Positions 17,470 to 26,826 of a DNA stretch of 59,797 nt are shown here, one piece after another. Position numbers and translations under genes: made by a program. The stretch covers positions 1-59,797 of the forward strand of contig LUPB01000086.1 in NCBI GenBank assembly GCA_001627235.1. Reading direction: 5' to 3'. The notes beneath the pieces were generated by a model. That model worked only from the letters and a program-made list of their open reading frames with translations. It did no database searches and was not told the DNA's origin. The first letter of the stretch is position 1; every line of letters begins with the position of its first letter. The DNA comes from Nitrosopelagicus sp. REDSEA-S31_B2. GTDB lineage: Archaea; Thermoproteota; Nitrososphaeria; Nitrososphaerales; Nitrosopumilaceae.

Positions 17470-18895
17470 AGAAAACTGTGGTGTAGTTGGAATCTACAGT
17501 GAAGGTGATGTAAATGTCATTCCTATGGTTATTGATGCACTACGTGCATTGCAGCATAGAGGACAAGAAGCTTGGGGATTGGCAATCCCAAACAAGGCTC
17601 CGTTAAAACGTCTTGGACTTGTATCTGCTTCTTCTAATGAATTTAAAAAAATCACTGAAGAATATGCATCACATTCTGCAATTGGTCATGTGAGGTATTC
17701 TACCGTTGGAAAAAGTGATCTTGAAAGTGCACAACCACTGAAAGTCAAAGACTTGTGTGTTGCACATAATGGAACAATTTCAAATGTCGAAGAACTTTCT
17801 AACTTGGTTGGTGGTTGTACATTCACACCTCAAAATGCTAGTGATACATTAGTTGCTGCACAAAGACTTGTCTCTCTTATAACTGAAAATGGTAAACTTG
17901 GAAGTGCATTATCAATTTTAAAAAATGAAATGGTAGGTTCTTTTTGTTTCACATTTCTATCTGATGATGACGCGGTATTTGCTGCAAGAGATCCTAAAGG
18001 ATTCCGTCCTATGGTTATGGGTCATAAAGAAGATGGTAATGTACACATTGTGACTTCTGAATCTTCTGCGATTTCTGCAATTGGTGCAAAACTTGTACGT
18101 GATGTTGTACCTGGTGAATTAATCAAAATTAGCAAAGATGGAATGGAAACTGAAATGTTCTCTGATGATAAGAATCGTGCACATTGTTCCTTTGAATTCA
18201 CATATTTTGCTCAACCTTCAAGTAAAATGGAGGGAACTAACATCTATCTTGCAAGAAAACGCATTGGTCAATTCCTTGCAAAAAAATATCCTATAAATGA
18301 TGCAGATGTTGTAATCCCTGTTCCTGACTCTGCAAGACCTGCAGCACTAGGATTTGCGCAAGAATTAGGAATTCAATTTGATGAAGGACTTTTAAAAGAT
18401 CGTTATAGTAAGAAAGGCCCATTACGTAGTTTCATTGAACCTCATCAAAGCGATAGAGTTGAAATCAATAGATGGATTATACCAATACGTGAAGTCATTG
18501 AAGGAAAACATATTGTTGTAATTGATGATAGTCTAGTTAGAGGTACTAGTTCTAAAGCAATTATCAAAGCGTTACGTCGTTCTGGTGCAAGAAAAATTAG
18601 TATGATGGTTACATATCCTCCAATTAAATTCCCATGTTATGCTGGAATTGATTTTCCATCTCAAGAAGAGCTTGCAACATTTGATGGAGGAAAAGATGTT
18701 ACTGACAAAGAAATGATTGAAAAAGTTCGTAATGACATTGGTGCAGACTTTTTGGGATACAATGATGCAGAAAATCTTGCAAATGCAGTAGGCATTCCAA
18801 AAGATTCAATGTGTTTCACTTGTGCAACTGGGGACTACACTCCTCTAGGAATAACCCCAAATTTTAATAAGATGAAACAGATGAAAAGTGTCTAA
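17462..18895 (+). CDS. purF: amidophosphoribosyltransferase
   Basis: CGVVG after short propeptide; LQHRGQE; GHVRYST; VIDDSLVRGTS; CFTC. Confidence 0.96.
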   Translation: MVKENCGVVGIYSEGDVNVIPMVIDALRALQHRGQEAWGLAIPNKAPLKRLGLVSASSNEFKKITEEYASHSAIGHVRYSTVGKSDLESAQPLKVKDLCVAHNGTISNVEELSNLVGGCTFTPQNASDTLVAAQRLVSLITENGKLGSALSILKNEMVGSFCFTFLSDDDAVFAARDPKGFRPMVMGHKEDGNVHIVTSESSAISAIGAKLVRDVVPGELIKISKDGMETEMFSDDKNRAHCSFEFTYFAQPSSKMEGTNIYLARKRIGQFLAKKYPINDADVVIPVPDSARPAALGFAQELGIQFDEGLLKDRYSKKGPLRSFIEPHQSDRVEINRWIIPIREVIEGKHIVVIDDSLVRGTSSKAIIKALRRSGARKISMMVTYPPIKFPCYAGIDFPSQEELATFDGGKDVTDKEMIEKVRNDIGADFLGYNDAENLANAVGIPKDSMCFTCATGDYTPLGITPNFNKMKQMKSV

Positions 18896-19143
18896 TGGAA
18901 ACTGCATATGTTTTAGTCCAATGTAAAATCGCTCATGAAATGGAAGTACTCAAAGCATTGTTAGAGATTGATTTAGTAAAAGAAGCAAAAGGTACATTTG
19001 GTTATTATGATATTTTTACAAAAATTCAAGGTGACAATTCATCACAGATTGAAGATGTAATCACCAAAAAAATTCGTAATATTCCTAATGTTACTGCAAC
19101 TACCACATTATCTATTATTCCTGAACAGGACTTTGAAAAATGA
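18895..19143 (+). CDS. stand-alone Lrp/AsnC ligand-binding (RAM) domain protein
   Basis: AYVLVQC...GTFGYYDIFTKI...KIRNIPNVTATTTL. Confidence 0.85.
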   Translation: METAYVLVQCKIAHEMEVLKALLEIDLVKEAKGTFGYYDIFTKIQGDNSSQIEDVITKKIRNIPNVTATTTLSIIPEQDFEK

Positions 19144-19280
19144 GTAAAGAAACACGTTCTATTGACAAAAAAGGATTTTCAAACAAGTTCTTTGAAGAAT
19201 TAGACAAAGAACATGATAATGCAAAAGAATTTGCAAAACGTCAGAAGGAATTAAAACAAAAAAAGAATCGCCAAAGCTGA
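19140..19280 (+). CDS. 46-aa charged microprotein (not in ORF track)
   Basis: ATGA overlap with the upstream stop; MSKETRSIDKKGFSNKFFEELDKEHDNAKEFAKRQKELKQKKNRQS. Confidence 0.45.
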   Translation: MSKETRSIDKKGFSNKFFEELDKEHDNAKEFAKRQKELKQKKNRQS

Positions 19281-19293
19281 TTTTTACTCTTTT

Positions 19294-19398
19294 ATACTGA
19301 TTTTGCAAGTAGTTTACAACCAGATTGGGGCTGATTTCTCATCCTTCTGCAAGTAGGCTGAATTGGCCCCACTCTTGGGTAGTTAAATACTGATTTTG
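19294..19398. other. long imperfect hairpin flanked by 12-bp direct repeats ATACTGATTTTG; candidate small RNA or miniature element
   Basis: Repeats at 19294-19305 and 19387-19398; core stem TGGGGCTGATT pairs with AATTGGCCCCA using two G-U pairs. Confidence 0.4.
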
Positions 19399-19410
19399 TG
19401 ATACTAGACC

Positions 19411-19617
19411 ATGAAATTGAGATGTACTTCATGTGCAAAATTCTGTTGTAACGCAAAAAATTGTAGCTGTTCATGCCACAAAAAATCCTTTAACAGAACC
19501 AACTCTTATCTGTCAAACGTCATGGATATGCTCACAACTCAAAAAATGAAATCTATCAAGAATATTGATCTAAGTTGGCAAAGTAACATTCTTGGCTCTA
19601 TGATGAGACTAGAATAA
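19411..19617 (+). CDS. small Cys-rich protein
   Basis: CTSC-AKF-CC-NAKN-CSCSCH: seven Cys within residues 5-22. Confidence 0.5.
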   Translation: MKLRCTSCAKFCCNAKNCSCSCHKKSFNRTNSYLSNVMDMLTTQKMKSIKNIDLSWQSNILGSMMRLE

Positions 19618-19652
19618 GAAAATCTATTATCTTAGTTTTCTGATGTTTTTTA

Positions 19653-20033
19653 ATGGTCAGTAAAATTCCTGTAATTGGTGGAATTGGTGCCGCTGTAGCT
19701 GGAATCGTATTTGTATTATTTTTTACTCCAACAGGAATTTCTCAAGATGAATATTCACTATCTGTTGATCCTACAAAAGAAAAACAAAGTTTATTCATAA
19801 TGGCACGTGTTTCTTTAGAAAACACTGGAACTAAGCCGTTGACAAATGTTGAACTTAATTTTGGTGACGGTGATAAAATTTATCTTGGAACATTAAAACC
19901 TGGTCAGTCTGAAATTATTTCTCCGCCTCAAGGTAATTCATTACAATATGTAATTGTCACATCAAGTGAGGGTGTTTATGTTAGCAAGGTTTATCGTGAA
20001 CCTATTGCGATGCCTGGTATGATGGGGTCATAG
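19653..20033 (+). CDS. membrane-anchored protein with Ig-like/CARDB-like beta domain
   Basis: N-terminal TM; [14 protein letters not shown]...LGTLKPGQS. Confidence 0.7.
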   Translation: MVSKIPVIGGIGAAVAGIVFVLFFTPTGISQDEYSLSVDPTKEKQSLFIMARVSLENTGTKPLTNVELNFGDGDKIYLGTLKPGQSEIISPPQGNSLQYVIVTSSEGVYVSKVYREPIAMPGMMGS

Positions 20034-20041
20034 GTGTTATT

Positions 20042-20866
20042 ATGAAATTTCTTAATTCTGGTAAAGTAAAAGACGTTTACGATATGGGGGATGATACCTT
20101 ATTATTTAATTTTAGCAATCGTGTGTCTGCATATGATGTGAAATTTCAAGACGAAATTCCAAAAAAAGGTGAAGTGTTATGTAAATTTGCAAAATTTTGG
20201 TTTGATGAATTAGATATTGATAATCATTTTGTCAAATCCCATTCTGATACAGAAATTATTGTAAAAAAAATGGAAATGTTGCCTATTGAGTGCGTAGTTC
20301 GAGGATATTTCTATGGAAGTCTTGTTAATAGATACAAGTCTGGAGAAATTCACCTACCTGATGGAACAAAAACTGAACTTGCATCAAAACTTCTTGAACC
20401 ATTATTTGATCCTACGACAAAATCAGAACATGATGTCCCTATAACAAAAGATGATGCAATAAAACAAAATCTTGTTACTTTAGATGAATTTGAATGGCTT
20501 TCTCAAAAATCTATTGAAATTTACAATAAAATGTCTTCAATTGCAGATAATGCAGGCTTTATTCTTGCTGATTTGAAGCTAGAATTTGGTAAATTGGATG
20601 GAAAAATAACACTTGGTGATTCTATAGGTCCTGATGAGTATCGTTTATGGCCTAAATCATCATACTCTCCAGGAAAAATACAAGAGGCGTTTGATAAACA
20701 ACTTCTTCGTGACTGGTTAACTGAACATGGTTATCAAAAACAGTTTGAAGATTCACGTAAAAATGGCCAAGAGCCTATTGCTCCTGCAATCCCTCCTGAA
20801 ATAATTCAAAAAATGACCGAACGTTATGTTGCAGCCTATGAACGTACGACTGGCAGTTCTCTTTAA
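20042..20866 (+). CDS. purC: SAICAR synthase
   Basis: SGKVKDVY; RVSAYD; PIECVVRGY; ADLKLEFG; PDEYRLW; FDKQ. Confidence 0.95.
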   Translation: MKFLNSGKVKDVYDMGDDTLLFNFSNRVSAYDVKFQDEIPKKGEVLCKFAKFWFDELDIDNHFVKSHSDTEIIVKKMEMLPIECVVRGYFYGSLVNRYKSGEIHLPDGTKTELASKLLEPLFDPTTKSEHDVPITKDDAIKQNLVTLDEFEWLSQKSIEIYNKMSSIADNAGFILADLKLEFGKLDGKITLGDSIGPDEYRLWPKSSYSPGKIQEAFDKQLLRDWLTEHGYQKQFEDSRKNGQEPIAPAIPPEIIQKMTERYVAAYERTTGSSL

Positions 20867-21163
20867 CTCGATTTTAAAATTCCAGATTTTCTCTATTTGC
20901 CACTTGTTTTGACATATTTCTGACAATTTCTGGGATTTTTGCCAAATTTTGAGGATTTTCTTACCTCTACGGATTTTTTTGTAACTGTATCAACTTGTTT
21001 AATACCTCTACGAAGAATATAGTATATGTTACAATTATTATGATAGCAATACTAAATTGATACAGTCGGCTACTACATTTTTAGTTGCATAAAAAAAATA
21101 ATATCATTGGACAAAAAAATTTGATACGGATAACTTTTAGCTAAGATCTACAGCAAATACTAC

Positions 21164-21664
21164 ATGTCAACAATACTCGAAAAACCAATATCGGTGAATC
21201 GTACACTTGCAACAAGTCTGGAGCATGCAAGAGCTATCGAGGACCCCGCTAGAGCAAAAATTCTGCAACTACTGTATCGAAAACATCTAAACGCAGAACA
21301 AATCACGGCCCAGTTAAAAAAATCTGGATTCAAAAAAGCCTTGACAACCACGAGACATCATCTGGAGATTCTCAAAGAGGCTGAATTGATTGAGGTTGTG
21401 AGAATTGAGGAAAAGCGAGGTGCCATGATAAAATACTACGGTACATCGACAAAGTTACTCGACTATGAAACCCCAAAAGACTTTGAGAAAAAATACTCTA
21501 CAGTCATAAAGTCAACGTCCAAGCAAATTGAACAACTTCTAGACGTACTTTCAAAAAAGACTGGTAAGGCAAAATCCTCTCAAAGTAAGCAGGAATATAG
21601 TCAGTACTTGATGATGGAGATTGTAAATCGTGCTGTAACAACGGTCTTTGAAAAAAGACACTGA
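21164..21664 (+). CDS. ArsR-like winged-helix transcriptional regulator
   Basis: AIEDPARAKILQLL...TTTRHHLEILKEAELIEV...KYY. Confidence 0.85.
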   Translation: MSTILEKPISVNRTLATSLEHARAIEDPARAKILQLLYRKHLNAEQITAQLKKSGFKKALTTTRHHLEILKEAELIEVVRIEEKRGAMIKYYGTSTKLLDYETPKDFEKKYSTVIKSTSKQIEQLLDVLSKKTGKAKSSQSKQEYSQYLMMEIVNRAVTTVFEKRH

Positions 21665-22123
21665 TTACAATACTTCTATAATCATCGTGCCCTTGGTTTG
21701 TGGGTTTTGAAGGAGACTGACCAAGTCTCTAGGTATGTCACTGGATGCCTTGTCGCAATTGATAGCGATAGTACGGGAGCATGTGAATTTGCTCTTACGA
21801 AGTACTATGTCGCTTACATGCTTTAGCGTGAGCTTTTCTGAACCTTGACCCTGTATTTCAAAGGAAAACTTACCAACTTTTAACGTAAATTTGATTTTTG
21901 ATTTAGGATTCTGGATTTTTTTCTTCATTTTATCCGGTAAATCTATACATGAAATGTCTGAATTTACGCCTACAATACAGTCTCCTTGCGGGGTTAGTTC
22001 TTTGTCCTTTGTAATCTCTAGTGTTTTTTCATGAAGTGATAAAACATGCTTATGTCCTGTGAATGGAATTTCTAATTTCATAATATTTTCAAAATTTTGA
22101 GACATAAATATTCGATTTACCAT
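21665..22123 (-). CDS. DUF371 family protein (true start probably downstream of 22123)
   Basis: GHKHVLSLHEKTLEITKDKELTPQGDCIVGV; DIVLRKS; DKASSDIPR. Confidence 0.85.
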   Translation of the reverse strand: MVNRIFMSQNFENIMKLEIPFTGHKHVLSLHEKTLEITKDKELTPQGDCIVGVNSDISCIDLPDKMKKKIQNPKSKIKFTLKVGKFSFEIQGQGSEKLTLKHVSDIVLRKSKFTCSRTIAINCDKASSDIPRDLVSLLQNPQTKGTMIIEVL

Positions 22124-22131
22124 AATTTAGT

Positions 22132-22539
22132 GTGGATTCTAAGGCTGAAACTCTCCTAAATGGCAAAAATTTGGTATTTTTGGCCACTACGATGGTTGAT
22201 GGTTCTCCTCAAGTTACTCCAGTTTGGGGAAATTTTGAAAATTCTCACATATTGATTAACACTGCAGAAGGTAGATTGAAACACAGAAACATCATGCGTG
22301 ATCCTAGAGTGGCCGTATCTGTCGTTGACTCTAAAAACCCTCTTGATATGACTTCTATTCGAGGCAAAGTTGTTGAAATTATGCCTGATTATGAGTACAA
22401 ACATGCTAATTTTCTGACAAAACAATACATGGGTAAGGAAAAATATCCTTTCAAACGTCCTGGCGAAAAACGAATCATACTAAAAATACAACCTGAGAAA
22501 ATTTTCGTTCTTCCAGAATTAACAATGAACGACGAGTAA
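22132..22539 (+). CDS. PPOX-class (split-barrel) putative F420-dependent enzyme
   Basis: FLATTMVDGSPQVTPVW; INTAEGRLKHRNIMRDPRVAVSV. Confidence 0.88.
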   Translation: MDSKAETLLNGKNLVFLATTMVDGSPQVTPVWGNFENSHILINTAEGRLKHRNIMRDPRVAVSVVDSKNPLDMTSIRGKVVEIMPDYEYKHANFLTKQYMGKEKYPFKRPGEKRIILKIQPEKIFVLPELTMNDE

Positions 22540-22666
22540 CAAAAAACAATATTTCTTAATTCGAATTTAGAAACATTACTTATCTAACACTGTACGCATT
22601 AACATCTCTTAAAGTCAGTTTAACGTAATTTCTGTATGATTTTTTCATATTTTTTGATCAAATAAT

Positions 22667-22846
22667 GGGGGTTTAGCTTTTGTGCCTATCTTGTACAAAC
22701 ACACTATGTTGTAATGGGTAATGGTGGTGTTTTGACCTTTGGTTTTCATATTTACGAACAAATGTTAAACCCCCCCTATTTTTTGGCATTTCTGAAAAAA
22801 CCATCTATTCGTAAATTACTTTTGATATAGAGGGGGTTTAGCTTTT
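22667..22846. repeat. G-string repeats GGGGGTTTAGCTTTT (two direct copies) plus an inverted partial copy
   Basis: Identical 15-mers at 22667-22681 and 22832-22846; TAAACCCCCCCT at 22766-22777. Confidence 0.7.
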
Positions 22847-22869
22847 ACGAATAAAATTGAATTTTTGTC

Positions 22870-23322
22870 CTAAAGTGCTTTGATCAAGAAACGATTTGTT
22901 TTTTCGCTCATTTCTGTTATGTCTTGTAACGTTTTGAAGAAAAATGGCTGGTTTAGCTGTTCTTGTTTGTCTAAAACGATGTAAACTCCCACCATTTTTT
23001 TCCCATCTTCATCTAAAAATTTGTGAACTGCTTTTATTGAATAACAAAAATCATCAATTTTTTTCTTGTAATTTTCCTGTTCTGTATCGGTTAACTCTCT
23101 AAATCTAATCTGTTGTTTTGTTTTTAATGCAATCTTTATGCCTATCACCAGTATGTTTTCCTGGCCTTTTGGCTCAAATACTTCTGTATCATTGCCAAGT
23201 CCATCGGAGTTTTTTATCAGAATTTTAAAGGATGCATCCTCTGTTTTGACTTGCTGAAATTCATAACCTTCGTGTACTAGCCATCGTTCTACATTATCTC
23301 TTAGCCTTGACATGAAAAACAA
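22870..23322 (-). CDS. hypothetical protein (DUF2299-like)
   Basis: LRDNVERWLVHEGY N-terminus resembles this archaeal family. Confidence 0.6.
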   Translation of the reverse strand: MFFMSRLRDNVERWLVHEGYEFQQVKTEDASFKILIKNSDGLGNDTEVFEPKGQENILVIGIKIALKTKQQIRFRELTDTEQENYKKKIDDFCYSIKAVHKFLDEDGKKMVGVYIVLDKQEQLNQPFFFKTLQDITEMSEKTNRFLIKAL

Positions 23323-23392
23323 AATGTATGATGATATAACTAGTTTAACACGTTCAAATTAGTAATATTTCTAAATTCGAGTTTAGAAACAT

Positions 23393-23614
23393 TTAGACAT
23401 TTACGCTAAAATCTTGTTCAAAACTTCCTGTAGATAATATTGCAATGTTTAGAATTACGTTGATTAGTGTTAGTCCTATTCCTACCATCAAACATCTTTT
23501 TGCTTTTTGAGGATCGTCTCGTCTGATTGCAAAATATGCTATTATTCCTCCAATCAAACCAATGAAAATTGGCAGTAAATACCACCATCTGGAACGAATT
23601 CTCTCTGGATACAT
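23393..23614 (-). CDS. small membrane protein
   Basis: WWYLLPIFIGLIGGIIAYFAIRRDDPQKAK plus a second TM segment. Confidence 0.75.
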   Translation of the reverse strand: MYPERIRSRWWYLLPIFIGLIGGIIAYFAIRRDDPQKAKRCLMVGIGLTLINVILNIAILSTGSFEQDFSVNV

Positions 23615-23635
23615 GTTTTTTCTTGAAATTTTTCC

Positions 23636-23884
23636 CTATTTACTTTTTGCAAGTTTTTTCTGAACTTGAGTAATTTCTATTTCTACTGTCTCTAAAGGAT
23701 CTTCTGTTACGTTTCTTTTTATTGAAAACATCTTTGGTTTTTCAAAGTCTTCTGTGCAATCAGGGCATGCATATACCAAAACTCTATGTTCATTTGGTGC
23801 TTTTGGGTTTGACAACCTTGGATAATAAACTAATCTTGCACCACAATCGACACAATATCTGTTGGCTCTTCTAGTTCTGGCCAA
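23636..23884 (-). CDS. small zinc-ribbon protein
   Basis: CVDC and CPDC; TTG start preceded by GGAG on the coding strand. Confidence 0.7.
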   Translation of the reverse strand: MARTRRANRYCVDCGARLVYYPRLSNPKAPNEHRVLVYACPDCTEDFEKPKMFSIKRNVTEDPLETVEIEITQVQKKLAKSK

Positions 23885-23999
23885 TGTAACACTCCTGCAT
23901 AATTACTGTATTAGATCTAATATTAGATCGCTCCTGTCTAACGATCTCAACTAACAGCGTGCAAAAAAATGATCTAAATTACTTTTGAAAATTAGAAAG

Positions 24000-24073
24000 C
24001 GCCGCACATCAGATTTGAACTGATGACCAATCGATTAACAGTCGAACGCTCTACCAGGCTGAGCTAGCGCGGC
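24000..24073 (-). tRNA. tRNA-Asn (GTT)
   Basis: Reverse complement GCCGCGCTAGCTCAGCCTGGTAGAGCGTTCGACTGTTAATCGATTGGTCATCAGTTCAAATCTGATGTGCGGCG: acceptor stem, D arm, anticodon loop CTGTTAA, TTCAAAT T loop; no intron, no encoded CCA. Confidence 0.95.
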
Positions 24074-24117
24074 ACTAAATTTTTCTTAGCAAAATGCGAT
24101 TTAATCCTTCCGACGAA

Positions 24118-24411
24118 TTATTTTGGATTGAATTTTGAGAAAAATGCCGCAATATCGTCTGAATGTTTCTCTACTAACCCCACTATCTCCATATGCTCTT
24201 CAGCACTGGGCTCTCTTTTATGATACACTTGAAATGCACTAAGTGCAGAACCTACCATCTCTCCTACAAAAAACCCACATAGGAAATCTCCTGTATTCTC
24301 ACACTTCCAGACATCTCCTATTCTTGGAGATGCGCCTGCAGTTTTGTATAATTCTAAAGTTTCTGTAACTAATTTTTCAGTTTGTTCTTTAAAGTCGTTA
24401 TCTAAGGCCAA
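24118..24411 (-). CDS. hypothetical protein
   Basis: 97-aa ORF directly downstream of rpl6. Confidence 0.75.
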   Translation of the reverse strand: MALDNDFKEQTEKLVTETLELYKTAGASPRIGDVWKCENTGDFLCGFFVGEMVGSALSAFQVYHKREPSAEEHMEIVGLVEKHSDDIAAFFSKFNPK

Positions 24412-24422
24412 TTATTTTCTAA

Positions 24423-24980
24423 TTAATTTTCAATGCCTTTTGTTTTTTCAAATTTGTAAATTCCATCCAAAAATACACGATGATCTTTATTTTTTACTCT
24501 TGAATTATTTTCGATTTCTGCTGCAGTTTGAGAAACATCTGTCAATACATGACCTGTAATGATGACATCATCCCCTTTTGGAACAACTTTTGTTTCTCCC
24601 CAAATGTTTGTCTTTCTTGGGGCACGTTCTCCTTGGAAGTTTTCAATTAGAACTTGTTTTCCTTCTGCCTTTACTGTAATTGGAAAGTGTGAAAAAACTA
24701 CTTTCATTTTTATTGTATATCCTTCTACTACACCTTCGCATAGATTTCTAATGATTGATCTTGCAGTATTCATGATTGCGCGGTTTTTGTCTCTTGTTCC
24801 TTGTGCTTTAAACAAGACTTTATCATCAGTAACTTCAATATCAACTGGAATTTTCTTGAAACTTTTCCATGTTTTTCCTAATGGACCTTGTACAGTTATC
24901 ATTGGTTTTTTGTAAGTTACAGTAACGCCTTCTGGAATTTCTAATTCGGCTGCTAATTTATCGACTAACTCAGTAGACAT
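24423..24980 (-). CDS. rpl6: 50S ribosomal protein L6
   Basis: IPEGVTV; GPLG; SHFPI; NFQGERAPR; DHRVFLDGIY. Confidence 0.95.
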   Translation of the reverse strand: MSTELVDKLAAELEIPEGVTVTYKKPMITVQGPLGKTWKSFKKIPVDIEVTDDKVLFKAQGTRDKNRAIMNTARSIIRNLCEGVVEGYTIKMKVVFSHFPITVKAEGKQVLIENFQGERAPRKTNIWGETKVVPKGDDVIITGHVLTDVSQTAAEIENNSRVKNKDHRVFLDGIYKFEKTKGIEN

Positions 24981-25362
24981 ATCCTATCAAAAATCCTCCT
25001 AATCCCTTGTTTGCTGCCTCATGATGAGACATTACTCCTTGATTTGTTGTCACAATTAACATTCCTCTGTTAAATGATGGGAGATATTGTTTTTCCCATT
25101 CCAAATATTCATCTTTTTTTACTTTGAATCTAGGACTAATTGCCCCACATTTTGTAATTTTTGCCATCAAGTTAATTTTGTATTTTCCGCCTCTGTTGTC
25201 TTCTGTTCTCTCGTAATCTTTTATGTAACCATCTTTTTTGAGAGTGCTTAAAACATCTGTTCCAATTTTAGAAGTTGGAAGTACCACACACTCTGATTTT
25301 CTTCGAGCTTCAGTATTGTATATTGTGACAAATAGATTTGCTAGAGTATTCATTGCTGGCAT
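24970..25362 (-). CDS. rps8: 30S ribosomal protein S8
   Basis: CGAISPRF; LIVTTNQGVMSH; GGFLIGYVY. Confidence 0.95.
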   Translation of the reverse strand: MPAMNTLANLFVTIYNTEARRKSECVVLPTSKIGTDVLSTLKKDGYIKDYERTEDNRGGKYKINLMAKITKCGAISPRFKVKKDEYLEWEKQYLPSFNRGMLIVTTNQGVMSHHEAANKGLGGFLIGYVY

Positions 25363-25368
25363 AACATA

Positions 25369-25584
25369 TCACCTTAATTTCTTAAATCCTAGAGAAGTTG
25401 CAACCTCTCTGAAACATTGTCTGCATAACATTAGGTCATATTTTTGAATTGAAACATAACATCCACATCTTTTACACCATCTTGCACCACGTCCGTATTT
25501 CTTTTCGTTTTTTGTACCTGGGACACTTTCGATTCTAGGTGTGAATCCTGTTCCTCTATCTCCATATGATCTATCTTTTGCCAT
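25369..25584 (-). CDS. rps14: 30S ribosomal protein S14 (zinc-binding type)
   Basis: CKRC...[17 protein letters not shown]. Confidence 0.93.
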   Translation of the reverse strand: MAKDRSYGDRGTGFTPRIESVPGTKNEKKYGRGARWCKRCGCYVSIQKYDLMLCRQCFREVATSLGFKKLR

Positions 25585-26105
25585 TAGTATACATTCACTC
25601 CAAATTCTTTTGTAAGATATGCCTTTGCTTCATCAGGAGTAATCTTGTGATGTTTTCCGACACTTGCTTTATGTTTACTTCTTGTTGCTACTGAAAATCC
25701 CGGTCTTGTCAATCTTATAGAAATATCTAATCCTAAAATTCCAATTTTTGGATCATATTTGATTCCTGGTATATCGATGTGTTCTAAAATACCAAATGAT
25801 ATGTTTCCCATATTATCAAAAGAACGTCCGTTAACTCTGTTACCTTTTGCCTCTAACAGTCTTTTTAACAATTCTTTTCCTTCTTCTCCTCTTACTGTTA
25901 CAGCAGCTCCTATTGGTTCTCCTTTTCTTACTCCCCAGTCTCTGTGTGGTTTTCTTGCTGATCTTTCGTTTACTTTCCTACCTGAAATTTGTCCTAATGC
26001 TTTTTTTGCAATTTCTACTGCATCGCCTGATTTTCCAAGCCCCATGTTTAGAACAACTTTCTCTAATCTAATTTCTCTCATTACATTTTGTGTTTCTTGT
26101 GCCAT
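25584..26105 (-). CDS. rpl5: 50S ribosomal protein L5
   Basis: [10 protein letters not shown]; [20 protein letters not shown]. Confidence 0.95.
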   Translation of the reverse strand: MAQETQNVMREIRLEKVVLNMGLGKSGDAVEIAKKALGQISGRKVNERSARKPHRDWGVRKGEPIGAAVTVRGEEGKELLKRLLEAKGNRVNGRSFDNMGNISFGILEHIDIPGIKYDPKIGILGLDISIRLTRPGFSVATRSKHKASVGKHHKITPDEAKAYLTKEFGVNVY

Positions 26106-26109
26106 AAAA

Positions 26110-26826
26110 TCACCTAATCTTTATCTCCGGTTTGTCTTTTCCAATTGGCATTACCAATCTAGCTGGAATTTCAATTTGTCTTTCATCTAATGTAATGTCT
26201 AAACTTTTTGGAATACTGAATGTTCCTTCTTTAATCTCATCAATTTTTCCTATCTTTCCCGCGTTAACTCCTTTTGTAATTAAACAATTCATTCCTTTTT
26301 CTAATTTTATTACGCTGAGAATTTTTACATCTGGAATTTGTAATACACATGTGTCGCCAACTGAAACATCTGTTTCATCTAATAATGTTTTACCATCATG
26401 AAAACCTAATTGTGTTTTTCCATTCTTAACTGTGGTTTTTGATTTTACAACAACAAACTTTTTTGTTTTCTCTGCATCATCAATCTCTATTGGTTTTAGT
26501 AATGTTCCGTCCTGTGGAACTAATCTGTATGTTTTATTTGCTCCTTCTAATTCGACTACGTCCATTAATCCTGCACCGTGATGTAATGATTTTCTTATAA
26601 CTCCGTCCACTTTGATTTTTCCAGAATAAATCACTGATTTTGCTTCTCTTAGACTAGTGACGATCTTGATTGTATCTCTTAGAAATACGGAGATTGGTAT
26701 TGATGCATTTTTTGGATGAGTTCCTGGTTTTACAGTTACCACAAATCTCTTATCTTTTCTAGTAATTCCCCAGAAAAGTGGTGCCATTTGTCTTTTGAGT
26801 TTTTTACTTCCTGCAATCTTTACCAT
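26110..26826 (-). CDS. rps4e: 30S ribosomal protein S4e
   Basis: KLKRQMAPLFWGITRK; PGTH; KVDGVIR; GLMDV. Confidence 0.95.
   Translation of the reverse strand: MVKIAGSKKLKRQMAPLFWGITRKDKRFVVTVKPGTHPKNASIPISVFLRDTIKIVTSLREAKSVIYSGKIKVDGVIRKSLHHGAGLMDVVELEGANKTYRLVPQDGTLLKPIEIDDAEKTKKFVVVKSKTTVKNGKTQLGFHDGKTLLDETDVSVGDTCVLQIPDVKILSVIKLEKGMNCLITKGVNAGKIGKIDEIKEGTFSIPKSLDITLDERQIEIPARLVMPIGKDKPEIKIR

Noticed and set aside
19276-19400. C/D-box guide RNA, suggested by several CTGA boxes
   Set aside because: No convincing RTGATGA C box found
19292-19474. 60-aa minus-strand ORF
   Set aside because: No protein-like features; overlaps the hairpin element and the Cys-rich ORF
22667-22846. Replication origin or CRISPR array
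   Set aside because: No cdc6/orc1 nearby, no full ORB consensus, irregular spacing, short repeats and no cas genes
23885-24117. Integrated element at tRNA-Asn
   Set aside because: No integrase and no duplicated tRNA 3' end seen in the window
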